A stretch of DNA of 64,000 bases, from assembly GCA_050575255.1 (NCBI GenBank), contig JBNZDD010013718.1, forward strand, positions 4,618,261 to 4,682,260. Direction: 5' to 3'. Every line of letters starts with the position of its first letter. Within the stretch, counting starts at the first letter, position 1. Under the pieces are notes generated by a model. It had not been told where the DNA came from, ran no database searches, and saw only the letters and a program-made list of their open reading frames with translations. This stretch comes from Harriotta raleighana. Taxonomy: Eukaryota. Positions 11,878 through 24,710 of this stretch are shown here, in pieces. Both the position numbers and the translations under genes were made by a program.

Positions 11878-13696
11878 CTAAGTTATGGTTAACACAATTA
11901 CAGTATGTTAATATCAAAAACTAGATCCCTATAGCATGGGACATATTGTGGTATTTCGTTTGCAATATCATCAAAAACATACCTATTTCTTTGAGGGAAT
12001 TTTATCTTTCAGTAACTCAGCTGGTTAAAGAACAGTACTTCCCACTAATTTAGTTGGCATTTGGGTATACACTAATAGTATATGTAGGAATGCCATTCTT
12101 CGGTTTTAGTTTTCAGTTGAAATCATGCTTAAATTGCAAAGATTAGAAATTAATTGCAAAAAAGATACTGTCTGCAGTACAGTACTTATGTCTGAACAAT
12201 AAAAGCACTAAAAAGATGCACTTAACGTTTTACTACTAGCATTTTGTATCCTATACATGACAGTAATCCAAATAATTGTAGTGGGCTGAAATATAAGAGT
12301 TTTCTGTAAATGTAATTAAGCAAAAAAAGGAAATTTAACATTTATGTTTTGATCAGTTAGTCTTTATTATGGACTAGGAATCAGGATAAGGAACAGTTGT
12401 TTCCTGTTCTGAGTAGTGAACATATAGCAGACAATGAATAAGACACAGATGTTGTGTCAGGGGAGCTTAAACATTTTAACTTAAAACATATTCTATCTAA
12501 ACTATGTTTGTCTTGATTTGAAAGTAACAAGCAATTTCATGGAAGTTTATTGAAGCTAACCTTGAAAAATGTTAGGTGCCAGCATGTGAGACGATCTGTG
12601 TGAAACCATGTCCTGACAAATACTTGTATTTAAAAACCAAAATGAGAAATAAAATGTCTTCCTCATTTGTTCAGACTCCATGTACAAATGGATACAGCAC
12701 TGATAGGAAATTCCCTCGTGGGACTGTTCCTTTAAGATCTTAAAATGATCAACCTCCACTCTACCAATTATGTAGACTCTTCCTGAACAGAAACCTTAGT
12801 TGTTTTTAAATCTCTAATCAGTGTTTTTGGCAGTATGTATTGACTTTCTACCTGGGGTAATGACGAAGCAATACTGAATTGTAGGTAAATTCATTATTTA
12901 ACATGTTTACCGTATTTAGATTTGTTTTTAAAGTTATGATTAGCATAACTAGATTTAGATTTCTCACAATGTGTTTGTATTTTCCAAAGCGGGGAAAAGG
13001 GATTTATAGGGACAGTGTTCCATACAATTTATCTGTTTATATTTTCACTCATATAATATTTTTTAAAGTATTCTTTTGCATGCATTTCCTGCACCATTGG
13101 TACGTTTGAAAGATATTTAGCCTTTCAGAATGAAGATGCACATTATGCACATCAGCCATCATCAACAGTCTTAACTATTTGACTATGGATCCCACAGAAC
13201 CAAACCAAGGATATTAGCATGCATCAACCAGCATTGTTTGAATTAATCTGCGAAGCAAAATATCAAACATCTTTCAAGCTTTTTCTTCAGCTAAAACCTT
13301 CACAAAGACAAATTTAAGTTGTATGCATCTTAGAATTTCATTACTGCTACATGGTGTACCTCAACATGACAGAGCATTCAAGCTTAGTGGGAGGGAGAGA
13401 CCTGGGTTATCTTGTTTTAAGTCATTGGACAATTTATGAGGCAAGGCATGTCAGGCTGGGAGGGGTTGATGTTAACCTGAATGCCCCATCTCCCTGCTTT
13501 AAGGAAAAACATCTATTTCAATAAGAATGGGGGAAAAGCTTTTTGAAAACTGTTTCAAATGTTCTCCTTGCTGTTTGCTTAAAATAATGATGCTCCATAG
13601 AGATCCTGAACTAAATGATCAGTACAACCATGAGCACATCACCACACCAGCCTGTGCAGCTTATTTAATAAGGTTAAATATTGAAGTTTTTATTTC

Positions 13697-13932
13697 ATAG
13701 AAGAGCAGAAGCTTTAGTGTGTGGACAATATTCGCCCCATCCAACTTTTAAAAAGAACAACTTATCAACTGATCATTCATCCAAATATAGTTTGTGGGAC
13801 GTTGTTGGTTTAGATTATTTACATTGGTTGCTTACATGATAGTCACTGCATTCCCATAAAGAACCTTATTGCATGAAGGGTTTTGAGATAGTTCAATGTT
13901 ATAAGGTATTATACTTACAAGACTTTTCTTTT
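13697..13932 (+). mobile_element. Old degraded Deu-SINE
   Basis: agaagagcag...gtttgtgggac...gttttgaga...acaagacttttctttt. Confidence 0.55.
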
Positions 13933-14025
13933 TAGTGTTAGCCTCACTTAGTGTAATTCTGACAGTTGTATAGCTTATCCTTCCTGGAAATTAGCAGGGA
14001 AAGTTGGTAAAAATATTTCTACTAC

Positions 14026-14253
14026 TAATAATAATCCTTGCATTTGATATGGCATTTTTCACGTCTTCTAGATCTAGACATCTCAAAGAGCTTCACAAAA
14101 TATACTGTAAAATGAATTGACTGTGTCTAAGTGCGTGAAACGTGGCAGCAATTGTGCACAGCAGAATCCCACAAACAGTTTTGGATTTAAATGATTAATT
14201 ATTTTTATTTTTTGGAGGAATTATTATTAGGCATGTGTAGTAAGGAATATTGC
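14026..14253 (-). mobile_element. 5'-truncated young Deu-SINE
   Basis: Same family and same truncation region as 11649-11877. Confidence 0.9.
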
Positions 14254-14769
14254 AATTCAGTGTAGGTTGTAGAGATACCTTATGGTTGCACAAAATATTT
14301 CAACATTAGGCCCCAATAGTTTTAGTGCATTCCTTCAAGTCAGTCACATCTGAAATGTAAAACCCATGTGAATAAATAAAATTAACTGCATGCAGTGGGA
14401 TTTATGATGCAGAACATACTGGCAGCAGTGGTATTTGAGTGAGCTTAAAAAACAAATCATGCCAAAATAAACAATGAAGACTGGTTAGGAATAGTCAAAA
14501 TAATAAATGTTTTTGACGACAGTTGATGAGGAAAATGGTACCACTTTGATAAGTGCAACTTGGTGACCATTTAGTAAGCACATCGATAAATAAAGCGTCA
14601 CTTTTCACAAAGTAAATAAAGGAACTGATCACTTATTGGTGGGGAGTAATTGAAGTCAGCAAAAAGCAAAACTAAATTAGTAATAATAATAATACATAAT
14701 AATAGGCTTTAGTATTAATACTAATAATACTACTGCATTGAACACACTTATTGATTGCGGAGAGCATCC

Positions 14770-14965
14770 AAGATGTTTTGGGTCATGGCACCTTGGTGGA
14801 TCACTGGCAAGTAAAGATCAGTGAAGACAAAAGTAGCATAGTACCTCACATGGGATGTGAAAGTGATTTGTCACTTGTCATCTGCAAACAATATGAAGCC
14901 ATCATAATCCGAGATATGCTTGGTCATATTGTTGGAGCGGTTTGAGTTCAGAGACCCAGTCAACG
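14770..14965 (-). mobile_element. Fossil non-LTR reverse transcriptase fragment, probably RTE clade
   Basis: Minus frame TGSLNSNRSNNMTKHISDYDGFILFADDK*. It has the LFADD catalytic motif and N-x-x-R-x4-TK-x9-LFADD spacing, as I recall for RTE elements. Confidence 0.45.
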
Positions 14966-16737
14966 TACCCAAACTGGCTCATTCCTCTGGATAGTGTGTA
15001 CCTGGAGCACTGGACCCATGTCTGGGCAAGAAGAGTGAAGTTGATTGCCTAGTGTCACAGGGATGTGCCCTGAAGAGCAACAAGGTCAAATCTGGCAATT
15101 TTAGCCTCAAAAACAGCTGCTCCAAGAGTAGCTCACCGCGGTGTATCCTGTACAAGAATAGAAGCAAGATTTTTGAAGAGCGACACTCATCTACATATAT
15201 CTCAGCTGTTTCAAGGATATTTCACTGCTTGGCAATATGGATAGATAGGAGAAATTCTGTAGGCTTTACAGTTTAAAGTTGAGAGATATTAATTCTAGGT
15301 TTCAGACAATAGAAATTAAGTTGAGAAAGCGCACATACTATTTTACTAGGCTGATGTTGGCCTACACATTTGGCCAAGCTATTATGTGACCACCATTCAG
15401 CCAAAAAATTATATTTTTGCCTGATCCTGGGCCATGCTATGTGAGCCTGCCAGTGATCAAATGCCAAGCTAATGGTATACAAATATAATGACCAGGAACT
15501 GTTAAATTATCCAAAATGCGATCTCTCATAGGTTGTTTGAAAAAAAAAATCTGAATCCCTTGTAATAAAAATCTGTATTTGTCTTCCGTCATCCTAAATG
15601 CTGGTTATGATTATGGTCTTTGGAACAGTGTAGTGCTTGTTTATCATGGAGTAAAACTCACTGAGGTAGTTTGACCTTCGTCAGTTAAATGCTGCACTGT
15701 TTGGTGTACATTGTGAAAATTATTTTAGTATGCACACCAGGGACCCGAAAGGAGAATGCCCAGTAAATGTTATGATATTACATTTTATACAGCTTGTGAA
15801 TGCAGCTGGACGTAACACACTTTCTATTTTGTCATTGGATTCCTGTACTGTTTGAAACAGTTCCTCATCTTCTGGGAAGCCAATGTAAGATCATTACAAT
15901 ATAATACACATTTACATAATGCCTTTCAAATCGTACTTGTGTTGGAGCATAAACCTGGTGTGCATACATGATGCAGCAACTTGGATACATTAATAACACA
16001 TTTTATAAATTGAATTTAATTGAATTTATAATTTTAATTTATTAAATTTCATTAAAATATTTAAAGAAAATTGCTTATCTTAAGCTGAGGGAGGTGCGAG
16101 GAGGGAATTAGTTTTAAGGATTTTTCCACAACATTTTTTTGTAATACAATATTTTGCTTTATTCTTATCACTGTTACCTAATCTTTCTGCACATAGGGGC
16201 TGGGGATGATATTTGGTTGTTACTTGGTTGACACCACATCGGTTTAAGGGAAGTGGGCATCAGAACTGAGAACATTCAAAGGTTAAACTAACATATGACA
16301 ATTACTTTGCAACTGGCTTTCTGTTACAGGATGTATGAGCCACATTTATGATTCCTTCCTTTCCACAGCAAGATATTAATACAAGTCCCAAACTAGGGAA
16401 TTTGTAGTACAATAGTTTGGTTCGAAATCCTTGGAATTACATTGAACACGTTTCAAACTTGAAGTTTATTGTGATTTTGGTGTCTGTAAATGTCTGTAAA
16501 ATATCTGTGAAAGGAAAGATACCTCTTTAATTCTAGGAGGAAAGCTTTCACTCATTTTGAAAGATTTATAACCTGAGATTTGCATTTATGCAGTATGATT
16601 TTTCTTTTAGAAATATGTTTTGGTGCTGAGAGCCACTTTAAGCCACTCAAATGTTCACTTTTCAGTCTTTTTTTAGTTTGGATACTCTTATTGATTCGTT
16701 TTTAGTAAAAATAGAGGGTACACAGTTGGAATTTAGT

Positions 16738-17160
16738 TATAATAATAATCCTTGCATTTGACATAGTGCTTTATTGTGTTGTGTCATTGAAATGTTTCAA
16801 AGCACTTCACAGAATATATTGTAAACTAAATTGGCTATATATTTTGTGGGTAAAAGTCGGCAGCCACTTTTGCACAGCAGTGGATTGAGTTATCGAATTA
16901 TTATTATTTTTTGAAGGGTTTTTACCTATCAACTAACTAATAAATTGCTACTTAATGCAAGGTAATCAGAGACCCAGGTAATGTTAATCTTGCAGCATTT
17001 ATCAAATGTACAGCAATTCTGCAGTTGTGGTGAACGAATAAACAAAGAGTGATGTTGAACCAATAGTAGAGTAAGGAAACTTGCCTAAATATTAATCCAC
17101 ACCTGGGAATTGAACCTGGGTCCTCTCTCTTGCAAGACAAGAGGTCCAACTAATACACTT
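16738..17160 (-). mobile_element. Full-length Deu-SINE interrupted by about 140 bp of non-SINE DNA
   Basis: Tail and core at 16738-16920; head (gagtaaggaaacttgcc...ggaattgaacctggg..cttgcaag) at 17068-17160. Confidence 0.8.
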
Positions 17161-18020
17161 GGGGAATTTATAGTTATTTTATAAATTCATGAATCATTGT
17201 CGTAAGTGGAATAAATTATCCATATCACTGACTGGTTGCCTCTGTGTATTCTGTTTGTACATTCTGTTTTTTAAAAATTATTTTGGGACAAAAATAAGCA
17301 CTATTTCACCAAGCTGCCCATCTATCTTCTATTTATTGACAACATGATGAAAATCAATCCACTGAGAAGACCAAATGAAATTCATTCAGTGCAATAAATA
17401 TTGTCGGAAGAAAACATGATTTATATTACATAGAAATTCATGCAGCTCCATTTCAAAATCAATGAAGCAGTAAAAAAAACATTGGAATTCTGAACCATAG
17501 TTCAAATAGTGATGGCACATTAATGTATAATGTGATTTCATGGTTGTGTGAATACTTATTGGCACCCACAAACGCTTCGTCAGAAAATGCAAACCAGAGT
17601 AGACATCTAACATTTTATGGAAAGTGGCATGAATTCAAATCTTGGATGTTGCATGCAGTTTGTTCTGCTCACGTAGCAAAGCAGACAGTCCGCCATTGTG
17701 TGGTTCTACAGTAGTGAGATTGATAAGTTTCTGTTAAAAATAGAAACTGACAAGTGGTGAAAGAGTTGAGGTATTTACTGTACAACCCCTCTGGACATGA
17801 TGTCAAGTCCATGGGTGATTTTACATTTCCTGACTGAGCTTTCAGGATTGTCAGAGTACAGATTAAAACTTCACCCATAAATCTTTGTGCCCCATTGATG
17901 CAGATTCTTGGGATATTTTCCATCAATTCCTATTTGTAAGGCAGAAATCTAAGGATTCAAAGTTTTGATCTCTCGTTAGTTTTGATTGTACACTGCGCCG
18001 AACGCAATTCTCCTTGTAAG

Positions 18021-18314
18021 TAGGTTGACAGTAATGCATTTAATACATGTTTGTTATCTTTGGGGAAAATGTGCACCAAGATTAAAAAGTTTCACCAGAT
18101 TGTTTATAAAAAAAGTTTTTTTTTAAATGTCTTTGTTTGGACAAAGTTAATGTGAGTCTTGCTGCCNTAGGTTGACAGTAATGCATTTAATACATGTTTG
18201 TTATCTTTGGGGAAAATATGCGCCAAGGCTAAAAAGTTTCACAAGGATGTTTATAAAAAAAGTTTTTTTTTAAAATGTCTTTGTTTGGACAAAGTTAATG
18301 TGAGTCTTGCTGCC
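18021..18314. repeat. Duplication across a single N (18021-18166 / 18168-18314); likely haplotype overlap artefact
   Basis: Direct copies abut N18167 and differ by a few substitutions. Confidence 0.85.
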
Positions 18315-19544
18315 TTTATCAGGTGTACAGCAATTCTGCAGTTGTGTTGAATGGAAATGCAAAGAGCAATGTTGAACTTACAGCCAAAGATCTGGTTGGA
18401 AGAAACTGAGCACTTGTCCAATGTAGCAGTAAATGGTTCCACGCATATACTGTATGTAGACAGGAGTGAAAGAGATTTTCAAGGAGCATCATAATGCCAA
18501 ATGCACTGCACAAGTAAACTGAAAGTATAATGTTTAAATTATACTCCAGCCATTTGACTGATGTGGCAAGATTTGACAAATCAGTTTTTAAAACTTGTTA
18601 GTTTTTTTAAAAAAAACTTGGGTAGTGTTTTGCAGCAACATGGACTGAAATAATAATTGTTGAGTTTGAGATCAAGCGAGTCACATCCTTAATGTGACAT
18701 CCTTAACCAAGCCCTTAATGGGTAATTGTTTTCAAGTGTAGTCATTTGTAGGTAAATCGCAAATGCTAGAGCTATACGTTTCCTGACGAGCAAAGAGTAT
18801 TTGTGGATCCCTTGGTGCGGAAGCCACATTTTAAATGAATTTCACATTTCTTTTGGCATAAAAATGAAGCCGTGAAGCTCAAACCTCAGTTCAGTTTCAT
18901 GACCAAGGGTTGCAAAATGTTCTGCTTGGCCCAAGTCAGCCCTATTAAATTGAAGGGATACTTTGGAGAAAAGTACAAAAAAAACCAAGATTTCACTTGA
19001 GCTTCTGGCACCCTCACCAAGCACAGTTTCAGGTCTCAGTGACCAGCAGGAGGGGTGTGAGAGCAGTGCAGTTGGCTCTGTTGCTTAGTTGATTACAACC
19101 CTGTGTAGAAACAACTGGCTTATGCTTGGTGCCTTGCTGCTGAGATTGGAAAGACTCCACAGTCTCCCAGGATCGAATATGTGGATCACCGCATTGTGTT
19201 GTTTTTCGAAAAGCAGCACCACCAAATTTGTGTCAAGCGAGACATTCTTCTAATTTGACATTGTGCTGTAACAGCTTTATTGAATATTTATAGACAATTA
19301 AGTCCTCTTAAAGATGATGCCACAATATTTGAAGATTCATGTTAAAATATGCCCCCTAATGTTTGTGGTGAAAAATGCTACGAGGTAGCTGAGGTTAGAT
19401 CAAACAGTGCCATAGTTTCATACTCAAACCCGAGGAGGGCAAAAAAGATGGTGTCTTTCACAAATTGCACATGTTGTTTTTGTTTTGTAAATACTGTACT
19501 CACTTATTTTGCTTCATTGATTTTATAAATACTCTTGATCATTT

Positions 19545-19760
19545 CATGATCTATGTTCCCATGATTTGGATCCTGCTGTCAAAGATACATGCCATTCCCA
19601 TTTTTGGTTGCTTTCAATTGCTTTCATTATTTTAAACACCAAAAGCAGATCACTCTTTAACCAGCTCAACTCCAGGTAGCACAAGCCCAAAGGTACCCAA
19701 CCTCTCATTGATAAACCCTTTCCTTCCAACAACTTTGGTGAATTGGCATATGATACTCTC
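19545..19760 (-). mobile_element. CR1 ORF2 C-terminal fragment
   Basis: KGLS...LGLCYLELSWLKSDLLLVFKIMKA resembles CR1 KGLSYEERL..LGLYSLE.RRLRGDLIEVFKIMKG. Confidence 0.65.
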
Positions 19761-21599
19761 CAAAGCTAATACAAGGTTGGTGGGGCTTTAATTGAACGCA
19801 ATCCTCTAAACCATTAAAAAAGTTTCAGGTGCTATAACAAGCTGGTTGTTGGTAAATGCCATTGAGTTTGGACGAATGGACTACAGGAGGAATACATGAA
19901 TTAATGATGCAGAAAGTCTTTTCTCTGATAGAATACAAAAAGTTTTGGCAGCTGCACAAAGCAAAGTGAACAGTGCTTTGACAACCTCGCTCCCTTCAAA
20001 GCAAAAGACTGTCCATTTCCATCATCATTAAATTAAGCACTGACAGGGCCATGGAACTCTGTGTAATATATTTTGAAAGGCATGTTCATATTATAAAGAT
20101 CAGCAGCATCCTTTTTACATGTCAGTTCTCGTGTACAAGGTTTCTAACCCCCTTTTTCATTATCAATTGGTTCACTTGAACCTCAAATATGATTTTGAAA
20201 CTTGGGGCAAAACTGTACTCTCTCTGCAGTCCAGTAATCTGATAGTAGCATTCATTTCTTGTCTGAATCTTGGTTTAAGGGTGTGTTTGGATTTGTTTAC
20301 CTTAATTATTTGGGGATTTGAATCTGCACAATGGAAGCTCTTCAGAATTGATTGCGCAACATCTCTGGCATGTGGTGCTGTACTTGATGCACTTGAGACT
20401 AATTCAGTGAGACAGTATAGTTAATTAAAGTGGAATGATAATATTGTATTAGTTCTGATCCTGCGCGTAAAGTCATCTGGAAAAACGTACAACTTTTGGT
20501 ATTCTACATCAATTATCTGGCTGATTTTCCATTACAATTCCTATCCCAGTCTGTTTTGCAGTACTTTCCAATGAGTGGGACTGACATGTACACGGAGTTT
20601 GGTATTATTTGTGATTTAGCAGAGGTTTTTTTTATGATCTTGTTATAACTGAAACTAGGACTTTAATCTCTTCTTTAATTCCTGATCACTCTACCTTTGC
20701 TGTGGTACATAGTGAGGAAGAAGGGACAGATGGTCTTGTCCCTGATGTTAACACAGACTCCTGTTCTTTGTTGGTTAATGGACCAGTAGCCGTGTTTGTA
20801 TTATACGGGAAGGGATTCTCTACGTTCAGTTTAATCTGCACAAATGATCTGTTACGTTTGCCCCCCAGAGAAAGCCAGAATGTAAAATTGATACTGATGT
20901 TTTAACTCAGTGTAGATATTTGCAAGTGAATATTCTAGCATTGTAGTGCACCCGAGTATTTTTTTCCATTAGCAAAAATATTTTCCTGGTTCTTTTACCT
21001 ATGTCAGAAACTGCTATCAATTACAGTATTATATCATTGATTACCAGGCAAACAGATTTAAAACCCAAATTAAAATGCCAAATTAGTGACTTGGGGCCCT
21101 TTCAGGTAATATATGAATATGTGTTCAGTTATATTAACAAAACACGCTTTGTACACAAAAGGTAAAATGCAGTTGTTTGCTGAAGACAGTTCTATTAAAG
21201 GCAATTCTAATACTGTACATAGATTGATTGATTTACTCCACTGTTATTGGATATAAACAGATTTAGCATATGTGCCCGCTGGTTGTGGGATATGGTTGTA
21301 TGCAAATTAGATGGCCTTTGACCTGCAAGATACAGTTACTACACTTTACAGTATATCCAGTTAAGCGCTTTGAGATGTGATGAGGCACTTTATCAAATGT
21401 AAAGGCTTATGGTAAATTACTGTTTTTCTTTATTAGGAAATTAACTGAGCTATGTTATTTAATTGCTGCTTGGCTCCATAATCAAAATCTGATCCCCAAT
21501 TTTTCAGATGATTACTGCTGTAGGTATTCCTTCAATACATAGAATGTATTGTATATGTACATTAGTGCTGTCATATTTCAGCCTCACACTCCTTGAGTA

Positions 21600-21995
21600 T
21601 TCCTTGTATTTGAAAATGTGCCTAAAACATCAAATGTCTCAAAGCACTTGATAGGTAATTGCTGTCAAGTGTAGTAACTGTACCTTTTACTGGAAGGTGT
21701 AACAACCGCAATCAGCAGACAGCAATATCTTACAAATACAGTAGCCATAAAGTGAAAGACGAATTCATTGAGAGAATTGTTGACCAAGATATTGGAACAA
21801 CTTCCTTCTCTTTACAAGTACAGTAGTTCAGTGGGTTCTTTAGGAATGCCGGCAGAGACAGCCTGCACTCCAGTTTGAAGTCTTATCCAAAAGACAGCTC
21901 ATCTGAGAGTGGAGCCTTCCTTCAGCCCTGCATCAATTGTAATTAGGACACAAAGCCTTCTGACTCGTAGGTGAGAGTGGTATTTCTACACTGCC
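21600..21995 (-). mobile_element. Old near full-length Deu-SINE (SacSINE1-like)
   Basis: tctcaaagcactt..aagtgtagtaactg..cagcaatatc..gtcttatccaaaagacagc..ccttctgactc..ggtgagagtg. Confidence 0.7.
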
Positions 21996-23329
21996 TCTAT
22001 GGCTTACAAGATCCCTTATACACACTGGATACAAAAGTGACCTGTAGATATGATCCTGCATGTTGATGATTTAGTGATGGGACTGCAACCAAAAATATAT
22101 GAAAACATAGATTTTTAAATATATAAATGAATGTATTACCACAATTAGAGTGCAGAATAATGTAGAGACATTCTTGTAAGCATTTTGGGTTTCCCGCAGT
22201 TGGCAATTGTAGTAAAAGTATTTATACTGTGCCAAAAGAAACTTTTCAAATCAGAATTGTAATGTTTATAGTCCACTAAATTTCATTTGTATCACCAAAT
22301 AAAGCTGTAGCTATGGCATGTTGGAATGTTTACTGCAGCGGATGCAATTGCCAATTCTCGTAGTGATGATAGAAACATGTTGCCTAAATTGTTATAGTTG
22401 GTACATATTGCTGGCCTTAGTAATATTAATGGTTTGCAAAGCTCAAATCATGCCTGCTCCAAATCACAATATTATACATAAAGGTCTGGTGTAATTTCCT
22501 ATTTCAATGGAATTAGGTTCAAATTTTCCCATCCAGTTTCTCGAGGCTCCTACTGCTTGTTATTCAAGCAAATGTTAGAGGTCCCATGACCTTACTCGAA
22601 AAGGTGAGCAAGGTTCTTCTGGCTGCCAACAGTCCTTGCATTAATTCAATTTTCACTCGGAGGCTTGCGGTACCCTTTTGGTGCTAAATGCAGTGCTTGT
22701 TTGTTTCTGTTAGCAGTCATTACTCTTAACAGCAATTACCTGTGAAGTGTTCAAGATATTTTGACATAAGACTATAAAAATGCAATTTCTCCCCTCGCTT
22801 GTAGTCATTTAAAACTGTGTAAAATGAAATGCCAAATCCAGGGTTTGGCTGTAGATCCACTGTAATTATAGATGCTCAGTTCTGGATGACTGCTTCACCT
22901 CATTTATTTAACAATGCTTTTTCCTTGCTTCCTGGTAATAGTACTGATAGTTTCTGTGCTAACTCTTAAGTCAACCACTGTCTTTTTCCTCCGTGGCATC
23001 AAAATTCACCTTTGTTCTAATACTGATAACTCACATTTGGTGCTGAAATATGGAGGGTGTATTTGGTTCATCTGCTGTCATATCGAGAGATCTCATAAGG
23101 CACTGCCAGGTAGTCTTGAATGTAAAGCTTTCAGTCGATACTGCTCTTCAAATCCTGCCGTTTAGAAAATGGATTAATCTTCTCATTTACTGCACGGATG
23201 AGTTAAATGAGTTCACTGCCCTGGTCTTCATCAGCTTTGTTAATGTGTTCCAGTTGTTGGCTTCACCTTATGTATGTAGAAATGCGTCTGAAGAAGCCTG
23301 ATGATTTCTCCCAGTTGGTCCACCTAGCA

Positions 23330-23535
23330 CTTGGAAATTACTCTCCTCTGCTCCAAAACCTTAAGCAAACCCAGCTCTTAAGTCACAGAAACTAATATCG
23401 TATGCAGTACTCCAGGGTAGCCTAACCAGAGAATTATACAGCTTCAAGAAAATTTAGCGGAATCACATGTCAACTGATTTGGCAATGTAACCTAGAATTC
23501 TGCTTGCCCTGTTTTCTGCTGCCTCACATTATTTG
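23330..23535 (-). mobile_element. CR1 ORF2 fragment
   Basis: Minus translation CEAAENRASRILGYIAKS..LKLYNSLVR..LEYC, typical of CR1 ORF2 (with frameshifts). Confidence 0.65.
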
Positions 23536-23874
23536 GAACTAATTTATATTAAAGTGATCAAAGTGTTTGAAGCTCCACAGAATGCAGTTTGTTTTATTGC
23601 CAAACATTAGACAAAAGTTAAATTTATATCCATGGTTGCCAGATCTCAGGTACCATATCAGATCAAGTATTGAAAACCCTTGGCCTTTTACCACAGGGAA
23701 CATACTCTTGTGTATCCTCAAAACCAGTTACAATTGGCAGGAGCAAAGACTGGGATTAATTTGTCTGACAGTCCCATGAGTCAGGAAACGCTGGATTATC
23801 CTGTAAATTCTAAAGAGGGTAACATGTTAAAAGTAAATCTTTTCAACCTATTGTTCGAACCTCCACTAATAGCT

Positions 23875-24390
23875 CACTGAGGTTATCCAGTGCACAGCTC
23901 AGCCACGCAGACCCAAATTGGTGCCAAATTACACTGTGTTCGAGTTGACCAGCTGATCGGGAATGGTCACTGGATTGGCCTTACTTCTTTCCCCTGATCA
24001 TTCACCTCCCACCATTAGAACATAAGAAATAGGAGCAGGAGTAGGCCATTCAGCCCATCAAGCCTGCCCCTCCATTTAATAAGATCATAGCTGACCTTCT
24101 AATCTAATACCATTTATCTGCCCTATCCACATATCCCTTAATCCCTCTAACCTTTAGAAATCTATCAATCTCACTCTTGAATATGTTCAAGGACTGAGCA
24201 TCCACCATTGTGTATATGCTGTGGATCTGGATGATGGCAGGATTCAGCTTGCATTGTCTCTTTTATACCTCCTTCCCTACCGCCAACCTGTGCAGTTGAA
24301 TTGTCTGCCAACAATATCCGTCAAGCCTCACACATGAATAATGGGCCACTTGGATGAGATGCCTAAAGCCTCTTGATTCCTATGCAACAT
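23875..24390 (+). mobile_element. Old interspersed repeat (shark SINE-like) hosting the CR1 insertion
   Basis: Motifs gagttgaccagctgatc..attggcct before the CR1 piece and caggattcagcttg..ctcacacatgaataatgggccacttgg after it resemble a chondrichthyan SINE recalled from memory. Confidence 0.4.
24017..24201 (-). mobile_element. CR1 LINE 3' end, 5'-truncated, with 8-bp flanking direct repeat
   Basis: agaacataagaaataggagcaggagtaggccattcagccc... is the classic shark CR1 terminus. ccaccatt occurs at 24009-24016 and 24202-24209. Confidence 0.9.
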
Positions 24391-24669
24391 TGGCAGTAAA
24401 ACGGAGTCAAATGAAGGAAGCAAAAAAAATGACTGTCTTAAAGGTTATAGTGAACCCAGAAAGGAATGAACAAAGCAGTGTGACACATAAATGCTTATAT
24501 GGCCACCGTTTAAAGATGAAATAGGTCAGACAGATGACAGACTATCTTTGCACTTAATCCATGTGCAGACAAGCAGCTGTTCAGCAAGCCATCTATCAAA
24601 TGGTGGAGTAAAATAAACTCACAAAATTAAAGGAGAAGTACACTTATGTTTGGTTGCCCAGAGTTGAGT

Positions 24670-24710
24670 CTTTTGCAATGATGGGTGACCTTCACCCATC
24701 ATTGCAAAAG
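24670..24710. repeat. Perfect 19-bp inverted repeat with 3-nt loop
   Basis: cttttgcaatgatgggtga-cct-tcacccatcattgcaaaag. Confidence 0.95.
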
